From IMG/VR virus record IMGVR_UViG_3300042914_003096, positions 1 to 59,728 of that record: a DNA stretch of 59,728 nt; one strand, 5' to 3'. Shown here piece after piece: positions 46,457-57,346 of the stretch. The stretch is from a virus. Its lineage: Duplodnaviria > Caudoviricetes. The notes beneath the pieces are model-generated. The model had not been told where the DNA came from and did not search any database. It was given only the letters and a program-made list of their open reading frames with translations. Both the position numbers and the translations under genes were made by a program. The number at the start of each line of letters is the position of its first letter. The stretch's first letter is position 1.

Positions 46457-48287
46457 ATGGAAAATCACATACTACCTATCGACGATGCGGCTCAACACAC
46501 CTTCTACGAACCACCTAAATCAGTTGGCGGATACCGAATAGGAAAAGAACTAACCGGATCAATACAATTCATCCTTACATATAAACCAAACTTCATACAT
46601 AGATTTTTTATGAAAATATGTTTGGGTTGGTATTGGTTTGATCAAAAATAATTATTATAATTAAATTATGAAAAAGATATTATTACCCCTATTTGGACTT
46701 TTAATTATGTCCTCTTGTATTACAAGAAAAAATTTATTGACAAAAAACGAAATAAAAAATTGGAAAGTTGTTAATGATACGCTTATGTATAACAACACAC
46801 CTACTGCGGTTTTCACTCATTATGAAATAGAATTATATAGAGGAAAAGTGGTTAGAGAGTTATGTCTTGAACAATTAAACGATACTGTTACAACAATTGA
46901 CAACATCATTTATTATGTTCATACACTTCATCATAATGATAAAGTTCAAGTAATATCAACGTATAAAAGATAAAAATGAGTATTATGAAAAAACTTATTT
47001 TAACATTAGGGTTGTTGTTTAGTACTTTTTTAACAATAGCGCAGATTGGTGTAATCACACTCAAAAAAAATGAATCAGTACCACTTAATATGTGGTATAC
47101 TATAGATGAAAAAGATAGAGAGGACAATCTATATATCACTTTTGAAAATGAGGATTTAGCGGTATATGCTCTTAAAAATCTATTGGGTCAATTTGATATG
47201 GAAATAGATTTGCCAAATGATAAAGATGTTGATGGTGACCCTTACTGGACGGTAGAACAAGAAAATGGTTATATAAGTGACATTTACTATATCAAAGAAA
47301 AGAACTATCCATTATACACAATAACAATCGTCTCAGCTTGGGGTGGTGAATAAATTAAAAGATATGAAAACAATAACAACAATTTTATTTTTATTAACAA
47401 CCATGTTTGTTAATTCTCAATCATTAAATCATTTAGATTATGTGAGTGCATCAAATCTATATGTGTCTACAAATAAAAAACAAGTTTTAACCAAATATGA
47501 AACAAGTCCTGAACCTATGTTTATATTATTTTATGGGGATGGAGAAGTCTCAAATTTAAAAAATTATGATTACATTGTTTTTAACACAAAAAGTGATTTA
47601 TTGGGTTTTTTAAATATCACTGAAAGGTCAATTTTAAAAAATAAAACAATTACCCATATAATGGAAAAAAATAAAGTTAAAATGGAAGGTGTAACCAGTC
47701 AAACAGCTGAATTAAATGTCAATAAATACTATTTTTATTTAAACGTAGCAAGTATAAACGACATTAAAAAACAATTGAATGACTAGATGGGTTTTATTAA
47801 ATTTTTAATAGTATGGATATCACAAAATTTATCAATTCCGTTTTGGGTGATAGGTCATATCCATTTATCATTAAATATATACAAAGACTTATATGAAATA
47901 TTAACTTCTTTTGGTTTGAACATTATTGTAGCTATAGGTTTTTATTTAGACTGGAGGGAGTATAAAAAAAATACATAATTTATGAAAAATATAATTTTAA
48001 TTTTATTTCTATTTTTGTCTTTTTTGACAATGGGTCAATTAGCACCCCCAAAACAAAGTATTACTTTAAATTTACCAACAAGTTATACACCAACATTACG
48101 GGTTGGTACCGGAATGATAATTGGTGGATTAGTTTTAACTACAGCCGGACTTCTAACACCACCCCTTATGGTTGGTGGATCCACAACACAGAAACAACCG
48201 TTCTATAAACAAGTAAGAATGTTACCAATAATCTCAGGAACTCTTGTCTTTACAATTGGTCTTGGGGTAACAGTAAGTGGGAATTAA
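46457..48287 (+). other. Run of short hypothetical genes, mostly with signal peptides, lipoboxes or TM segments
   Basis: ORFs at 46457, 46668 (MSSC lipobox), 46976, 47343, 47787 and 47982. Confidence 0.55.
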
Positions 48288-48669
48288 TATGAAAAAACCT
48301 GATAATGTCGCAGATAACCCAAATATTTTACCATATGGATCAAATATTGGAGCCCCGGCAATTAAACCTGATAATATTGATGGGTGGAAACTAAAAAATG
48401 TTGATAAAGTTAATAAACAACTTAAAACAAAATACGAAGAATTAAATAAGGAGTTTCAAAAACTTATTGATGAATATAATTGGAATCAACTTGTTTATTC
48501 TTCACAGTTTAACTTTGAACCCGTCATTGGTGAAATATATCACCTTTATTCAAAAAAGAATGGTGATATATTTCTTTCACTTATTTCTCCAAACGAATGG
48601 AAACAAAAATACGTTGCAAGTTTTAGATTAGATTCAAACAACAAGTGGGAAAAATATGATTTAGATTAG
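48277..48669 (+). CDS. DUF2452-like protein
   Basis: LPYGSNIGAP...FNFEPVIGEIYHLY...FLSLISPNEW. Confidence 0.65.
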   Translation: MGINMKKPDNVADNPNILPYGSNIGAPAIKPDNIDGWKLKNVDKVNKQLKTKYEELNKEFQKLIDEYNWNQLVYSSQFNFEPVIGEIYHLYSKKNGDIFLSLISPNEWKQKYVASFRLDSNNKWEKYDLD

Positions 48670-48682
48670 TATTTATATATGT

Positions 48683-49285
48683 ATGGTAAAACATTTATTT
48701 ATTGTATTTTTTTCTTTAATTGGTTTTTTAACATTATCACAATGTAATGGTGTGCAATCATTTACTCTAACACCACCACCAGTAAATAACACATATCTTC
48801 CGGGTCAAACAGTCACAATGTGTTATACGATGGTTGGTTATACACAATCAAATTCAAATTGGATTGAAGGTTTTGATCTAACTCTTGGTCCTGGTTGGTC
48901 AAGTGTTACACCACAAACCGCACCCGCTAATTGTGGGGGAAATTCAACAGGAGGTCAATGGACTTGGATGAATTCCACAACTTCAACAACAACACCTGTA
49001 ACAACTGTTGGTCCTGGTTACTTTTTTGATTTAACTGTAGACGGAAATCCCGGAAATGATTTTGGGGACAACAATGGATCAAATTGCACTTGGACGTTTT
49101 GTGTAACTTTGGTTGTATCAAATGTGTGTTCACCACAAAATTTATTAATACAAGTAACTGCAGGTCCTGATGGACTTTGGGGTAGTTATTCAAGTTCTGC
49201 GTGTGACGTTGTTGCACCATTTACCGTGTTCAATGGAACAATAAATCCGGTACTTCCATCACTTGGTAGTATCAGTCATAATTAA
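48683..49285 (+). CDS. Secreted Thr/Gly/Cys-rich beta protein
   Basis: Signal peptide ending in SQ; C-terminus LGSISHN. Confidence 0.65.
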   Translation: MVKHLFIVFFSLIGFLTLSQCNGVQSFTLTPPPVNNTYLPGQTVTMCYTMVGYTQSNSNWIEGFDLTLGPGWSSVTPQTAPANCGGNSTGGQWTWMNSTTSTTTPVTTVGPGYFFDLTVDGNPGNDFGDNNGSNCTWTFCVTLVVSNVCSPQNLLIQVTAGPDGLWGSYSSSACDVVAPFTVFNGTINPVLPSLGSISHN

Positions 49286-49292
49286 TAAAAAA

Positions 49293-49856
49293 ATGAAAAA
49301 GTTATTAGGTATTTTAATGTTTATGATGACCACATTTGTTTTTGGTCAGTCAACGGTTAATCCCGATACCGTTTGTTATCAAACACCGGGATCAACATAT
49401 TCAGTCCCATCACTTGGTGCTGGATATACATATACTTGGACAGTTTCTTCTCCGGGTGTTTTAGTATCAGGTCAAGGAACAAATGCAATTAATGTGGATT
49501 GGTCTACCGCATCCCCCGGTCTTATAACAAATGGTATTACTGTTTATGCAACAAACGCTTCGGGATGTCAATCAACACCTATAACACTTAATGTATTTAT
49601 ATTGCAAGTTGTTCCGACTATCACGGCTCTTGGACCATTTTGTGCTACTGAACCTTGTGTTACTTTAACGGGAACACCGGCTGGTGGGACATTTTCAGGA
49701 CCAGGTGTTTCAGGAAATCAATTCTGTCCTGCAAACGCTAACATTGGATCAAATACTATAACTTATACCGTAACACAAGGCGGTTGTACTTTTTCAACAA
49801 CAACATCGGTTACTGTTAATTCACAACCTGTTTTATCTCCAATACAACACAATTAA
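49293..49856 (+). CDS. Secreted PKD/Ig-like protein
   Basis: Signal peptide; YTYTWTV, GTPAGGTFSGPGV; C-terminus LSPIQHN. Confidence 0.7.
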   Translation: MKKLLGILMFMMTTFVFGQSTVNPDTVCYQTPGSTYSVPSLGAGYTYTWTVSSPGVLVSGQGTNAINVDWSTASPGLITNGITVYATNASGCQSTPITLNVFILQVVPTITALGPFCATEPCVTLTGTPAGGTFSGPGVSGNQFCPANANIGSNTITYTVTQGGCTFSTTTSVTVNSQPVLSPIQHN

Positions 49857-50419
49857 TGAAATTTTGGTGGGTAATATTGTTTTTAACATCTTTTGCTTTT
49901 TCACAACAAGAAATTGAAATTTGTGGAGAAGAAGGATTAACTTTTACATATTCAGCACCATCCACAGAACCCGGAACAAATGAATGGGAAGTTAACGGTC
50001 AATACTATTATAGTGAAAATTTAGAAATGACTTGGACCGATACGGGAACTTATGTTATTAATGTTATTAGATATAATGATGGTTGTCCATCACTTCCACA
50101 ATCATATACAGTTATAGTTACAAAATGTGAAGATCCCATATATTGGATACCAAATGCGTTTACGCCTGACGGAGATGATTATAATCAATCATTCAAACCA
50201 ATTTTTACTTTGGGTGTTGATCCATATGATTATCATTTAATGATTTTTAATAGATGGGGTGAATTACTATTTGAAAGTTACGATATGACAAAAGGTTGGA
50301 ATGGTAAATATGGAGGAATCCAATGCCAAGATGGTATATATACTTGGAAAGTAGAATTTAAAGTATTAAAAAATGACGAACATATAATGAAAGTTGGTCA
50401 CGTAGTACTCGTCAAATAA
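49856..50419 (+). CDS. Secreted protein with T9SS type B (gliding motility-associated, CHU_C) C-terminal domain
   Basis: IPNAFTPDGD.YN..F...IFNRWGELLFES...GWNG...DGIYTW...GHVVLVK. Confidence 0.85.
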   Translation: MKFWWVILFLTSFAFSQQEIEICGEEGLTFTYSAPSTEPGTNEWEVNGQYYYSENLEMTWTDTGTYVINVIRYNDGCPSLPQSYTVIVTKCEDPIYWIPNAFTPDGDDYNQSFKPIFTLGVDPYDYHLMIFNRWGELLFESYDMTKGWNGKYGGIQCQDGIYTWKVEFKVLKNDEHIMKVGHVVLVK

Positions 50420-50575
50420 CTTCAATTAAAATACCCATTCCAACAAGATCTGTAATTGTCTTATTGGTTGGCGCCTTTACATAGTGAATATCATTTTCAG
50501 TTCTGAAAAAGCACCAACCGTTTAACATAGGTTTTAAATTTTCATAGGATTCTTTATCCTTGAATTTATATACTT

Positions 50576-51175
50576 TTAATCCCACCATCTTTGAATGTTT
50601 TCTTGTAAAATTTTAAAAATAAGTTTATTACATCTTTCGTGATTTTCAATTGATATTTCAAGAGCAATAGTATGTTTGTCTTTTTCGTTTGGGTTTTTTT
50701 GTGTTCTATTAATTTCCCCTGACAAAACTTTTTTATACTGTCTTGGATATTTTTTAAAGTAATCATCAAAATTTTCACTAACAAGTGTTGATTTCATTTC
50801 AAAACACCCTTCACCATCGATTTTATAATCAGTTGGAACAAAATCATAGTCAGTATTGTGATAATCCATATATTCCATACCATAGAATTCATCTTGGTGT
50901 AATTTGATTAATCTTGTAACAAGCTGCATAATTTCAGCATCTCTTTTAGCACTAACGTGATTACCTCTACCACCAATGTAGTTTGCCTGTTTACTTAGTT
51001 TAAACTTTAAAACTTCAAAGATGTAATGATCATCATAGTCACGATCTTTCCAAATCACAGGAAACCATTTCCAAAGGTTTTTAACCCCATTAATAAAATC
51101 TTTGTGGTAGTATCTACCTTCAAATTTCCACCAAAGTGATATCTTTTCAAATATGTTTAATTTTTTATTTTTCAT
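50576..51175 (-). CDS. Conserved hypothetical phage protein
   Basis: WFPVIWKDRDYD...RWWD; TATATTTG promoter on the minus strand. Confidence 0.6.
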   Translation of the reverse strand: MKNKKLNIFEKISLWWKFEGRYYHKDFINGVKNLWKWFPVIWKDRDYDDHYIFEVLKFKLSKQANYIGGRGNHVSAKRDAEIMQLVTRLIKLHQDEFYGMEYMDYHNTDYDFVPTDYKIDGEGCFEMKSTLVSENFDDYFKKYPRQYKKVLSGEINRTQKNPNEKDKHTIALEISIENHERCNKLIFKILQENIQRWWD

Positions 51176-51243
51176 AATGCAAATATACAAAAAAGTTTTA
51201 GATAGTGGTGATTTATTATAAAAAAATTATTATACTTATTTGT

Positions 51244-51480
51244 ATGGCAAAAAAGAAAATACACGTTAATCAACATAACATAAGATCAAATAAAACAAAA
51301 GATACGGATCTACCGGTTATCACAATAAAGGAAGGAAGAAAAAATACCTATTGTAATGAAGTTGAAATCTTAGGTCCTAGTAGAATCATATATTGTGGAA
51401 GTGGGGATCAAAAACCAATACTAAGTTGTGGTGCAAGGGTTGTGATTGAAACAGAAAGTGAAATTAAAATAATAAGTTAA
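51244..51480 (+). CDS. Conserved hypothetical phage protein
   Basis: IHVNQHNIRSN...LSCGARVVIETE. Confidence 0.6.
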   Translation: MAKKKIHVNQHNIRSNKTKDTDLPVITIKEGRKNTYCNEVEILGPSRIIYCGSGDQKPILSCGARVVIETESEIKIIS

Positions 51481-51481
51481 T

Positions 51482-51802
51482 ATGGAACAAAAAGACATTT
51501 TAAAGTATGGTGAAATACAATACCTAAAAGGTAGATTGGATGAACTAAATAAAGCGATTAAAACAATTACAGATCTTTCAAGATCAAGAAAAATAGATCA
51601 AAGGATTGAAAAGTATTTTCAAAAATTAAAAAAGGTTGATGAAGTTGCTTATCATTTATATATGGTTGAATTAAAATCAAGAACCCATGCAAAAGAAAGA
51701 TCCAAAAGGGAAATTAAAGATCTACTTGAAGAAGTATTGAAATTTGAAAATTTGGATCAAGAACTAATTGAAAAAATAAAAAAACAAATAGACACATATT
51801 AA
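51482..51802 (+). CDS. Hypothetical protein
   Basis: 106-aa ORF in operon. Confidence 0.55.
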   Translation: MEQKDILKYGEIQYLKGRLDELNKAIKTITDLSRSRKIDQRIEKYFQKLKKVDEVAYHLYMVELKSRTHAKERSKREIKDLLEEVLKFENLDQELIEKIKKQIDTY

Positions 51803-52215
51803 TGGAATTAATAACAACACACCCTATTAAAAAATCAGATCTAGGATTTCACGGAAACCTTTTTGGTGGTAAACTTTTGGCTTGGCTTGACGCGGCAGCA
51901 GTGGCATATGCAATGCAATTATGTGATACACCAAGAATGGTCACAGTAAGTATTGATAAATGTATATTTGAAAAACCAACCAAAGAAGGTCAAGTATTAA
52001 AGATTTTTGGTTATCCATCTGCTTTAGGTAATACGTCTGTTACATTATATATGGAAGCAAGATCACATAATGTTAGAACAGGAAAACAAAACGTGGTTTT
52101 AAAAACACATACAAAGTTTGTGTATGTTGATGAAGATGGAAACCCAATACCATTAAAAGATAAATCAGTAAAAAGAATAAATGATTTATTAGAAAAGTTA
52201 AAAGTTGATGAATAA
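51802..52215 (+). CDS. Acyl-CoA thioesterase (hotdog fold, YciA-like)
   Basis: HGNLFGGKLLAWLD, VTVSID, GNTS, FVYVDEDGNP. Confidence 0.85.
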   Translation: MELITTHPIKKSDLGFHGNLFGGKLLAWLDAAAVAYAMQLCDTPRMVTVSIDKCIFEKPTKEGQVLKIFGYPSALGNTSVTLYMEARSHNVRTGKQNVVLKTHTKFVYVDEDGNPIPLKDKSVKRINDLLEKLKVDE

Positions 52216-52232
52216 TTTACTATATTTGTATT

Positions 52233-52940
52233 ATGAAACAGAGAATAACTTTTATTAGTGATACACACACCAAACACAATAAGTTGACAGAATTTCTACC
52301 TGGTGGAGATATTCTTATTCACGCAGGTGATCTTACAAGTAGAGGTTATGAAACTGAAATTGAAAATTTTATGTGGTGGTATAATAAAATCAATAACTAC
52401 AAACATAAAGTTTTTATTGCAGGAAATCACGACTTTGGATTTCAAGATGATAATGAAAAGATTCGTGAAAATATTAAAAGTTATGAAACCATAACTTACT
52501 TGCAAGACGAACTACTTGTTCTTGGTGAAGGTGAAGTTGAATACATCGATATGATTAAAATATGGGGTAGTCCTTGGCAGCCCGAATTTCATAATTGGGC
52601 ATTTAATCTTCCTCGTGGTGAAGCTTTAAAAGAAAAATGGGATTTGATTCCTATTAACACTGATATTCTTATTACACACGGACCGGCATTTGGTAAGTTA
52701 GATTATGTGCCTTTTAGTAATTTGAATGTTGGTTGTGAAGAATTACTAAAAAGAATTCAAGAAATTAAACCTAAAATTCACTGCTCAGGTCATATTCACG
52801 AGGGTAGAGGTTATGTATTTGATGGAGACACTCATTATATAAACGCATCTGTTTTGAATGGTAGATATGAATATAGAAACAAACCAATAACTGTCGATTG
52901 GGACAGTGTAACTAACGAACTTGAGTTTATTGAAGAATAG
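52233..52940 (+). CDS. Calcineurin-like metallophosphoesterase
   Basis: SDTH, HAGD, AGNHD, THGP, GHIHE. Confidence 0.9.
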   Translation: MKQRITFISDTHTKHNKLTEFLPGGDILIHAGDLTSRGYETEIENFMWWYNKINNYKHKVFIAGNHDFGFQDDNEKIRENIKSYETITYLQDELLVLGEGEVEYIDMIKIWGSPWQPEFHNWAFNLPRGEALKEKWDLIPINTDILITHGPAFGKLDYVPFSNLNVGCEELLKRIQEIKPKIHCSGHIHEGRGYVFDGDTHYINASVLNGRYEYRNKPITVDWDSVTNELEFIEE

Positions 52941-52946
52941 GTCTGG

Positions 52947-54536
52947 TTAGGTATAAACCGGACCTATTTCTAATATTTCAGCACCAAATCCTTTATTTTT
53001 TAAAGTAACTTCTTCTTCATTAGGATAAAGAATATTGTTTTTTATTGATTCATAATAATCAACAAGTTGTTTTTGTACTTTTACTTTAATTAAAAATGCA
53101 TATTCACCATAACTACTATCTCTCATAGAACCGTAATGGTTATCTATTAAATTTTCTTTATTCATTGAGTAGTGACTCCCTGGGTATTGAGTATCGATTG
53201 ATTCATCACTATCAGCAAAAACAATTCTATATAAAATAACAGTACTTGGTAGATTGTCATAATAATTAGTAAGGTTATTTAATTCATACATTGCATCATC
53301 ATTTGCTAACCCCATTTCATATAAATAACCAAGTAAGTTATCTATATCATCTTCAGTTAATCTAACAAATGATTCTACAATTCTTTTTGATTCATCAAGT
53401 GTTTCAGGTTTAACTTCTTTTGGTGGAAGTGGTGGATCAAGTAAAAATTTTTCATTAACCCATTTTCTTAATTCATTTTCTACAAAATATTCAGGAACTA
53501 TTTCATTATCAGGTTTTTGACTTGCAACATCTGATATGTGCCTTGCAAATTTTACTTTTTCCTTATCGTCTAACATTACTAAAAGACCATCTGAAATAAA
53601 AAATATCTTAGATAAAGGGTCATTAACTCCAAGTTCACCTTCAACAAGGTTAAAGATTTTCATTATTGATTTACCCCACCAAGTTTTATAATTGTTTGTT
53701 TCTTCAAGTGCCGGTCTAAAAACTTTATTAAACGCTCTTATTAGTGATCCTGTAAAACCAGCAATTGCAATTTGTGGGAAAAACCAAGGAAGAAGCCTTA
53801 AAAGTGCTTTATAACCACCTTCACCTATATGTAAAACTAATCTTCTTGTTTTTGCCGATTCAACAAGTTCCCTTAACTGACCAAATGTGATTTTACCTTG
53901 AGCTTCACAAAACTTTTTGGAATCACAAACATTTTTGATTACCCTGTCTGATGGTTCAATTTCTTCTTTTAGATTATCTTTTTTATTTGTGAATTTATCT
54001 TTTAAATTACCAATTAAATTTTTAACTGAAAAAACAATACCAGCTAAAACAACACCACTTAATAATACATTTATATTGTCTGTTGTTATTTGTCTATCAG
54101 TAATGATTTTTGTTATAATTTTCATTATTGGGTTTAAAAGAAATGCAAACCCTAAAACATCACCAAGTGAGTATGTAACACCTAAAATACTTTTAATTGT
54201 TGATTTTATTATTTCAATTACACTTTTTACAAATTCAACAACACCATCAAGAGCTGATGTTAGATTTTTTTCTTTAACATATGAAATTAATTTTTCTTTG
54301 TTTGTGTCATTAATAAGAATTGCAAAAGATGTTATAATTAAAAGTGATATTTCATTTTCATTAAAAGAAAATCCTGATCCTGTGAGTAATCTTTCTACAG
54401 GACCCATAAAGGCTGCCATTCCTGTACCAAACGTAAATAAAATACCTGTATTAATTTTAAGATCCTTTAATGTGTCTTTAATAATACTTTCACTTAAAAG
54501 TTCTTTATATTGTTCTTCTGTTAAAATTATTTTCAT
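52947..54536 (-). CDS. Multi-domain protein with MKIILTEEQ leader and hydrophobic segments
   Basis: 529-aa ORF; internal LKEE, LDES and LTED sites between apparent domains. Confidence 0.6.
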   Translation of the reverse strand: MKIILTEEQYKELLSESIIKDTLKDLKINTGILFTFGTGMAAFMGPVERLLTGSGFSFNENEISLLIITSFAILINDTNKEKLISYVKEKNLTSALDGVVEFVKSVIEIIKSTIKSILGVTYSLGDVLGFAFLLNPIMKIITKIITDRQITTDNINVLLSGVVLAGIVFSVKNLIGNLKDKFTNKKDNLKEEIEPSDRVIKNVCDSKKFCEAQGKITFGQLRELVESAKTRRLVLHIGEGGYKALLRLLPWFFPQIAIAGFTGSLIRAFNKVFRPALEETNNYKTWWGKSIMKIFNLVEGELGVNDPLSKIFFISDGLLVMLDDKEKVKFARHISDVASQKPDNEIVPEYFVENELRKWVNEKFLLDPPLPPKEVKPETLDESKRIVESFVRLTEDDIDNLLGYLYEMGLANDDAMYELNNLTNYYDNLPSTVILYRIVFADSDESIDTQYPGSHYSMNKENLIDNHYGSMRDSSYGEYAFLIKVKVQKQLVDYYESIKNNILYPNEEEVTLKNKGFGAEILEIGPVYT

Positions 54537-54554
54537 ATTTTATAAATACTTTTG

Positions 54555-54938
54555 TTACTCATAATAGATATGGGCACCTCTAACATCTTTTATATTAACA
54601 TCAGGAAAAATACTTTTGAAATAATCAAAAAGTGCGTATCTGAAATGTCTTGTAAATACATTCCAAGGTATTAGATTTTCAATACCTTCTGACCAACCAT
54701 AATCAAAATATAAAGTTTTGCTTTTTTTATAATAATCAATTACAACTTTTTTATCTGAGTCAAATAACATAATTGTATTTTCTGATTCACCTGAACCGAT
54801 AAGATCAAGTTTGATTGCCGTTGTGATCATATCTTTATACTTTGGATATTCATATGAATATTCAGCATCAATCCAACTCCTACTAAACTCATTTTCTAAA
54901 ATAACTTCTTTTAATATTTTTCTGATCAGGTTTTTCAT
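54555..54938 (-). CDS. Hypothetical protein with LIRKILKE leader
   Basis: Leader motif; TATTTATA upstream on the minus strand. Confidence 0.6.
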   Translation of the reverse strand: MKNLIRKILKEVILENEFSRSWIDAEYSYEYPKYKDMITTAIKLDLIGSGESENTIMLFDSDKKVVIDYYKKSKTLYFDYGWSEGIENLIPWNVFTRHFRYALFDYFKSIFPDVNIKDVRGAHIYYE

Positions 54939-54990
54939 ATAATATTATAAATAGTTTGATATAATAAAAGAATATTGATATAATTAAAAT

Positions 54991-55770
54991 ATGAAAATTG
55001 ATAAAAAAATAAAAAATCTGATTTTTGGTATGTTTGATAAGATGATTGAAGGTGCTGATAAATACATTTCTGAATCATCAACTTGGTTAATATTCACAGA
55101 AGAGAGAAGATGGGTTTTAGAATTTACAAAAGAAAAAATTCTTTGGTTTAATTATAACACCTTCCAAAGTGAATTAAATTTACTTAGTATAGATTGTGTT
55201 GAGTCAAAAGACATTATTAAAAAATGGTTTGAATCAAGATTTTTGGGTATTGAGGTTGAGAATACCATTCAAAATGGTGTGAAAAATAGTCAGTCGTATG
55301 GTGGTGAATCTTTGAAATTGGTTGAAGATACCATTCAAAATGGGGTGAAACACACCTACAAAAAGAAAATTACGCGATTAAATGAAGTTGAAGATACCAT
55401 TCAAAATGGGGTGAAGGATGCGCAGTCGGTTGATGCTTCATATTTTATAAATGTTGAAAACACCATTAAAAATGGGGTGAAACACACCCTGAGTCATTTT
55501 GGGTCATTTCCACCCCCAAGTAAAAATAATATTCAAAACGTTATACAAAATGGTGTTAAAAATACATTTTCGGGTGCTGGAGACAATTATTATGAAGTAG
55601 ATAACACCATTCAAAATGGGGTAAAAGAAAGTTATCCGCATTATTTTGAGGGTGATATAAATGTTAAAGACACAATTAAAAATGGGGTTAAAGTTATGAT
55701 GTCAGGTAGTGAATGGTATCATCAAGATGAAGTTAATACTTTAATAGAAAAGGGTGTTAAAATCTATTAA
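54991..55770 (+). CDS. Protein with eight VEDTIQNGVK repeats separated by variable linkers
   Basis: Repeats visible in both protein and DNA. Confidence 0.75.
   Translation: MKIDKKIKNLIFGMFDKMIEGADKYISESSTWLIFTEERRWVLEFTKEKILWFNYNTFQSELNLLSIDCVESKDIIKKWFESRFLGIEVENTIQNGVKNSQSYGGESLKLVEDTIQNGVKHTYKKKITRLNEVEDTIQNGVKDAQSVDASYFINVENTIKNGVKHTLSHFGSFPPPSKNNIQNVIQNGVKNTFSGAGDNYYEVDNTIQNGVKESYPHYFEGDINVKDTIKNGVKVMMSGSEWYHQDEVNTLIEKGVKIY
55255..55761 (+). repeat. Spaced 30-nt repeats with mostly 66-nt period
   Basis: Copies at 55255, 55321, 55387, 55453, 55531, 55597, 55663 and 55732; consensus GTTGAAGATACCATTCAAAATGGGGTGAAA. Confidence 0.85.
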
Positions 55771-56821
55771 ACCAAGTATTATTTTCAAATAAAGCCCAAC
55801 TATAATTAGATAATGTTGATTGATAAAAAGACATTTCTTCTTCAGAATTAGTCGAGTCAAAGTGTAATAAAAACATATGATGAGAGTCAACTTGTGTTTG
55901 ATACTTTGTGTTAATAACATTTACACTACTATCTTTTAAAGTATCACCATAAGAAATTATTTTATCAAAGTATAAATCTTGTAAAAGTATTTGTTGCCAA
56001 GGTTCTAATGAAAATCCAACAAATCTAATTTTATTATTTGGTATGTTATGTATTGGCCAAAGACCTGTTGTGATTTTTTTTATTGATTCAAAATAAGGAA
56101 ATAACCCATCATTATCTTTTCGATTATTGTTATAATATTCTAAAAATTGACCAATGGCCCTTCCATGTGACTCCATTAAAACATTAGATAATTCTAATCT
56201 ATGACCAAATGGTTTACGGTTACCGTCTTCATTTAAAAACTCCCTATACTCAATAAATATTCTTGGAATAATTAGTAATCTGGTTTTTAAACACAACTCA
56301 TTTACTATAAACATATCATTACTGACAGTAAAAAAATTATCTTCTATTATCCCCGTAAAGTCAATTTCAATACTTCTTCTCCAACATCTTCCTAAAAAAC
56401 AAATCATACCTTCGCGATGTTTGTGAACATTATAGGACCTAAACACACCATGCTGTGAAACAAATTTGGATCCTGTCAAAATAACACCCACATCAGGAAA
56501 TCTATTAAACATTTTTTCACAAAGTTCTAAATAACCAGGGTAAACTAAATCATCAGAGTCTATGTGAAAAACAAATTCACCTTCTGCAAATTCAGATGGG
56601 TTTCTCATAAATTGCATCTTATGGGTTTGATTAATATATCTAACTCTATCATCTTTTTGTGAAAGTAAAATAAGATAATCTTTTACTTCAGTATTTTCAG
56701 AGAAGTCATCGGTAACAACCCATTCCCAATCAACATTTTGATTTAAAATTGTCCCGTAGAGTGAATCCACATTAGATATTTCATCGTTAAAAAATGATGT
56801 ACAGATTGAGAATTTTTTCAT
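55757..56821 (-). CDS. Glycosyltransferase family 2
   Basis: SICTSFFN, VVTDDFS, DxD motif in HIDSDD. Confidence 0.8.
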   Translation of the reverse strand: MKKFSICTSFFNDEISNVDSLYGTILNQNVDWEWVVTDDFSENTEVKDYLILLSQKDDRVRYINQTHKMQFMRNPSEFAEGEFVFHIDSDDLVYPGYLELCEKMFNRFPDVGVILTGSKFVSQHGVFRSYNVHKHREGMICFLGRCWRRSIEIDFTGIIEDNFFTVSNDMFIVNELCLKTRLLIIPRIFIEYREFLNEDGNRKPFGHRLELSNVLMESHGRAIGQFLEYYNNNRKDNDGLFPYFESIKKITTGLWPIHNIPNNKIRFVGFSLEPWQQILLQDLYFDKIISYGDTLKDSSVNVINTKYQTQVDSHHMFLLHFDSTNSEEEMSFYQSTLSNYSWALFENNTWFNRF

Positions 56822-56929
56822 AAACTAATTATAATTAATTTGGTTATGTCTAACTTAATAAAACTTGTCATAATAAATATTTTTTGATATATTTGTATCC
56901 AACACTAATTGTATCAGTAATAAAAATAT

Positions 56930-57346
56930 ATGAATAGTTTAAAAAATACAGTAATAGACGAAAAGATTTTGTATATTGTTAGGGGAATCCCTGGTAGCGG
57001 CAAATCAACATTTGCAAAACAACTTACATCAAACGTGTTTGAAGCTGATCATTATTTTATTGATAATGAAGGTAATTACAATTTTGACCCATCTAAAATT
57101 AAAGACGCACATAAAGATTGTCAAGATAATGTAAGATATGCAATGGAGTCAAGTATTACAAAAATTGCAGTATCAAACACATCAACACAAGAATGGGAAC
57201 TACAACCATACTTTGAATTAGCTGAAAAATATGGATATACTGTGTTCAGTGTTGTTGTTGAAAATAGACACGAAGGTGTAAACCAACACGGAGTTCCTGA
57301 AGATAAATTAGAATTAATGCGTAACCGTTTTGAAATAAAATTATGA
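56930..57346 (+). CDS. P-loop kinase (AAA_33 / polynucleotide kinase-like)
   Basis: RGIPGSGKST, EADHYF, VSNT, HGVP. Confidence 0.8.
   Translation: MNSLKNTVIDEKILYIVRGIPGSGKSTFAKQLTSNVFEADHYFIDNEGNYNFDPSKIKDAHKDCQDNVRYAMESSITKIAVSNTSTQEWELQPYFELAEKYGYTVFSVVVENRHEGVNQHGVPEDKLELMRNRFEIKL

Noticed and set aside
53917-54564. 215-aa plus-strand ORF
   Set aside because: Antisense shadow of the 529-aa minus-strand gene, which has the leader and promoter motifs
55255-55761. Functional CRISPR array
   Set aside because: Repeats vary at synonymous positions, all spacers keep the reading frame, there is no leader, and no cas genes are in the window; kept only as a coding repeat
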